Virus record (IMG/VR): IMGVR_UViG_3300031848_000045
Location: 1-24,248 of that record
Source of the DNA: a virus
Lineage: Duplodnaviria > Caudoviricetes
DNA: 24,248 nucleotides
Strand: one strand, 5' to 3'
Shown here one piece after another: positions 21,898 through 24,248 of the stretch. The notes beneath the pieces are model-generated. The model searched no databases and was not told the DNA's origin. It saw nothing but the letters and a program-made list of their open reading frames with translations. The position numbers were made by a program, and so were the translations under genes. The stretch's first letter is position 1. Each line of letters starts with the position of its first letter.

Positions 21898-23726
21898 TGG
21901 CTGGTAGATTCGACGTACAACAATACAGACCTATACCTAATCACGGACACCCCAAACTCGACACCGATAGTTTAATCTATCAAGACTATTGGGAGGAGGA
22001 GATGAACCGCTGCATTAATGGCTATAAACCTATTGGCGGTGCGTGGATACCTGGGAACTACTACTGGTATCTTAACTACTATATGATATTAGGTAACGAC
22101 GGTACAGACGGGAATCGAAAGACTCTTATCTATCCGTGGTATAGAGATATGGATCTTGAATACTTTATGCTATTCGACACCTGCCGTAGAGAAGGTAAAG
22201 GAATGATCGTAATTAAAGCCCGTGATAAAGGTTTTAGTTATATGAACTCTGGATTAGTTGCTCATGAATTCACATTCTTTCCGCATTCCGAGGTCGGAAT
22301 TGCGGCTGGACTAGGGGTTACTGCGAATTCATTTTTTGATAAGGTTAAGAAGGGGCTGATGAACCAACATCCTAATTTCAGGCATGGTTGGTTAAAGGAT
22401 ACTAAGGATACATTAAGGGCAGGTTATAAGGAGAAGAACTCTGAAGGTCGGTGGGATATAAGTGGTTATCAATCTGTGATACACTGTAGAACCATGGATG
22501 ATCCAGAAGTTTATAAAGGAGAGCGTTTATCTATAATGATTTTTGAGGAGGCTGGTGAATTCAAGAGATTGAAGAACGCCTACATGTCTTCCAAGGCTTG
22601 CTTCATGGATGGATCTAAGCAGTATGGAGTTCCTGTGGTCGGTGGAACAGGTGGGGATATAGATTCTGCCTCTGCCGATTTTATGGATATGTATTATAAT
22701 GCTGATGCGTTTAATCTTATTCCTATGTTTATTCCTGCGTCTGTTGCATTACACGGATTCTTTAGTCCTGTTACTGGAGTAGACGACGAACCAGCGGCTC
22801 GTAAATTCATTGAAGACGCTAGAGAAGATATACTAAATGGTGGTGGTGATAGTAAGGCGTATAATTTACATATACAAAATTACCCACTAACCATACAGGA
22901 GGCGTTCTTAAAGACTAAAGGATCGAGGTTTGACATTGCGTTGCTTAATCAACAAAGAGGCCGTGTGCAAGACCTGAAGGATCCTGAGCAGCACTTAACG
23001 ACTGGTCATCTTGATTGGGTAATAGGAGATAAAGGATTAACTCAAGAAGTTAAGTTCACTCCTCATCCTCACGGGCCATATAAAATACTACACCACCCTA
23101 AACCTCATTTAACTGGATTAGACATAGGTGGTATTGATAGTTATGATCAGGATCAGGCTGGTGCGGCACCATCTTTGGGTTGTGCTATGATATTCCGTAG
23201 AATAGAGAATACAAACGTACCATATAGGCTTCCTGTTGCAGAATATACAGATAGACCTGAAACTGCTGACATGTTTTTCGAAGGATGTCTGAAATTAGCT
23301 GTATATTACAACGCACAAATGCTGGTGGAGTATACTAAGATTGGTATACTAGATTACTTCCTTAGAAATAAGGCTCAGAGGTACTTGAAGACCAAACCTC
23401 GTAGTGCACACTCGCCTGGAACTAAGACGAGAAACAACTACGGTGTTCACATGAATAAGCAAATTAAGTCATATATGGAGTCATTGATGTACGATTACAT
23501 AAAGGAAAAGGCAGACGATATATGGTTTATAGACCTGCTAGACGAGTTATGTGACTGGGGTTCAAGGAATACGGATAGGGCGATTGCATTCGGTTTGTGT
23601 CTTATACATGAAAATGATAACTTTGCGATTGAAGTGAAGAATAGAGAAACTGAGTCCATCAAAGAAAGTGGATTCTCTTATTACAAAAACGATAGTAATG
23701 GTACGCCAGTAAAACATAATAGATAA
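21897..23726 (+). CDS. terL: Terminase large subunit, crAss-like
   Basis: YWYLNY, Walker A KARDKGFSY, Walker B IFEEAG, GGTGG, nuclease GIDSYDQD and terminal DRAIA. Confidence 0.93.
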   Translation: MAGRFDVQQYRPIPNHGHPKLDTDSLIYQDYWEEEMNRCINGYKPIGGAWIPGNYYWYLNYYMILGNDGTDGNRKTLIYPWYRDMDLEYFMLFDTCRREGKGMIVIKARDKGFSYMNSGLVAHEFTFFPHSEVGIAAGLGVTANSFFDKVKKGLMNQHPNFRHGWLKDTKDTLRAGYKEKNSEGRWDISGYQSVIHCRTMDDPEVYKGERLSIMIFEEAGEFKRLKNAYMSSKACFMDGSKQYGVPVVGGTGGDIDSASADFMDMYYNADAFNLIPMFIPASVALHGFFSPVTGVDDEPAARKFIEDAREDILNGGGDSKAYNLHIQNYPLTIQEAFLKTKGSRFDIALLNQQRGRVQDLKDPEQHLTTGHLDWVIGDKGLTQEVKFTPHPHGPYKILHHPKPHLTGLDIGGIDSYDQDQAGAAPSLGCAMIFRRIENTNVPYRLPVAEYTDRPETADMFFEGCLKLAVYYNAQMLVEYTKIGILDYFLRNKAQRYLKTKPRSAHSPGTKTRNNYGVHMNKQIKSYMESLMYDYIKEKADDIWFIDLLDELCDWGSRNTDRAIAFGLCLIHENDNFAIEVKNRETESIKESGFSYYKNDSNGTPVKHNR

Positions 23727-24248
23727 TGAAGAATTTCCCTAGTCAATTAATAGCTGATTCCAAGAAGGACGAGAAGTGGTGCGAGCAGATGCTTGACGCT
23801 ATGATTTATAATTCTGAACAGTCAGGTGACACGATTACTAAAGACGTAAGGAATTACGAAATCTATAATGGGCAGTTTAACCGAGAAGATTATAAATATC
23901 TAACAGAGCAATATGGTGCAAGTTACCCAGCTAGGTTAGTTAATTATCCTATCGTTCAGCCTAAGATAGATTTACTATTAGGTGAGGATCTTCACAGACC
24001 TCTTGATACTAAGGTAGTTACGATTAATCAGGAAGCTATTAACAGAAAGGAAGACCATAAAGTTACTATGGTTATGAATAAGTTAATGGAAGAGGTTCGT
24101 GCTCAAATGAAAGAGCAGGGAATGGAGGTTAATGCTGAAGGGCAGGATATTCCAGTACCAGAAGATATAGATACTTTCATGCGTTATAATTACAGAGAAT
24201 CCATTGAGGAAGCTGTACAGGACGGTCTAGAGTTTCTAACTAATCGTT
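23726..24248 (+). CDS. Portal protein, crAss-like, truncated at window edge
   Basis: Hand translation MKNFPSQLIADSKKDEKWC...NYEIYNG...PARLVNYPIVQPKIDLLLGE...RP; directly after TerL. Confidence 0.85.
   Translation, partial: MKNFPSQLIADSKKDEKWCEQMLDAMIYNSEQSGDTITKDVRNYEIYNGQFNREDYKYLTEQYGASYPARLVNYPIVQPKIDLLLGEDLHRPLDTKVVTINQEAINRKEDHKVTMVMNKLMEEVRAQMKEQGMEVNAEGQDIPVPEDIDTFMRYNYRESIEEAVQDGLEFLTNR

Noticed and set aside
1-24248. Stop-codon reassignment as in some crAss-like phages
   Set aside because: TerL, portal and replication genes are intact in the standard code, and TAG and TGA both end genes at tight junctions.

Overview
AT-rich fragment of a Bacteroidota (probably Flavobacteriia) phage. 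Positions 1-20567 form one leftward (minus-strand) block: a replication/recombination cluster (~1-6400: metallophosphoesterase, RecE-like PD-(D/E)XK nuclease, SF4/DnaB-like helicase, initiator-like protein, RusA-like resolvase, DUF3127 SSB-like protein, putative annealing protein, HU-like protein), and ~14 kb of small early-type genes (DUF932, YubB-like, stand-alone DnaA domain IV, wHTH, AP2-like, many unknowns). From 20758 the genes run rightward and include a crAss-like large terminase and the start of a crAss-like portal. The host call rests on TAnnTTTG promoter elements, Shine-Dalgarno-free A/C-rich leaders and DUF3127. The most interesting signals are non-coding or absent from the ORF track: (1) a promoter-to-terminator ~70-nt candidate sRNA antisense to the phage's own start-codon regions; (2) three covarying H-type pseudoknots 8-9 nt before AUGs; (3) four covarying three-way junctions ending in AACUAA; (4) a 21-bp repeat delimiting single-gene cassettes; (5) several large structured intergenic RNAs; (6) a 46-aa peptide resembling the redox tail of ribonucleotide reductase. 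All family calls and folds were made by eye; no searches were run.
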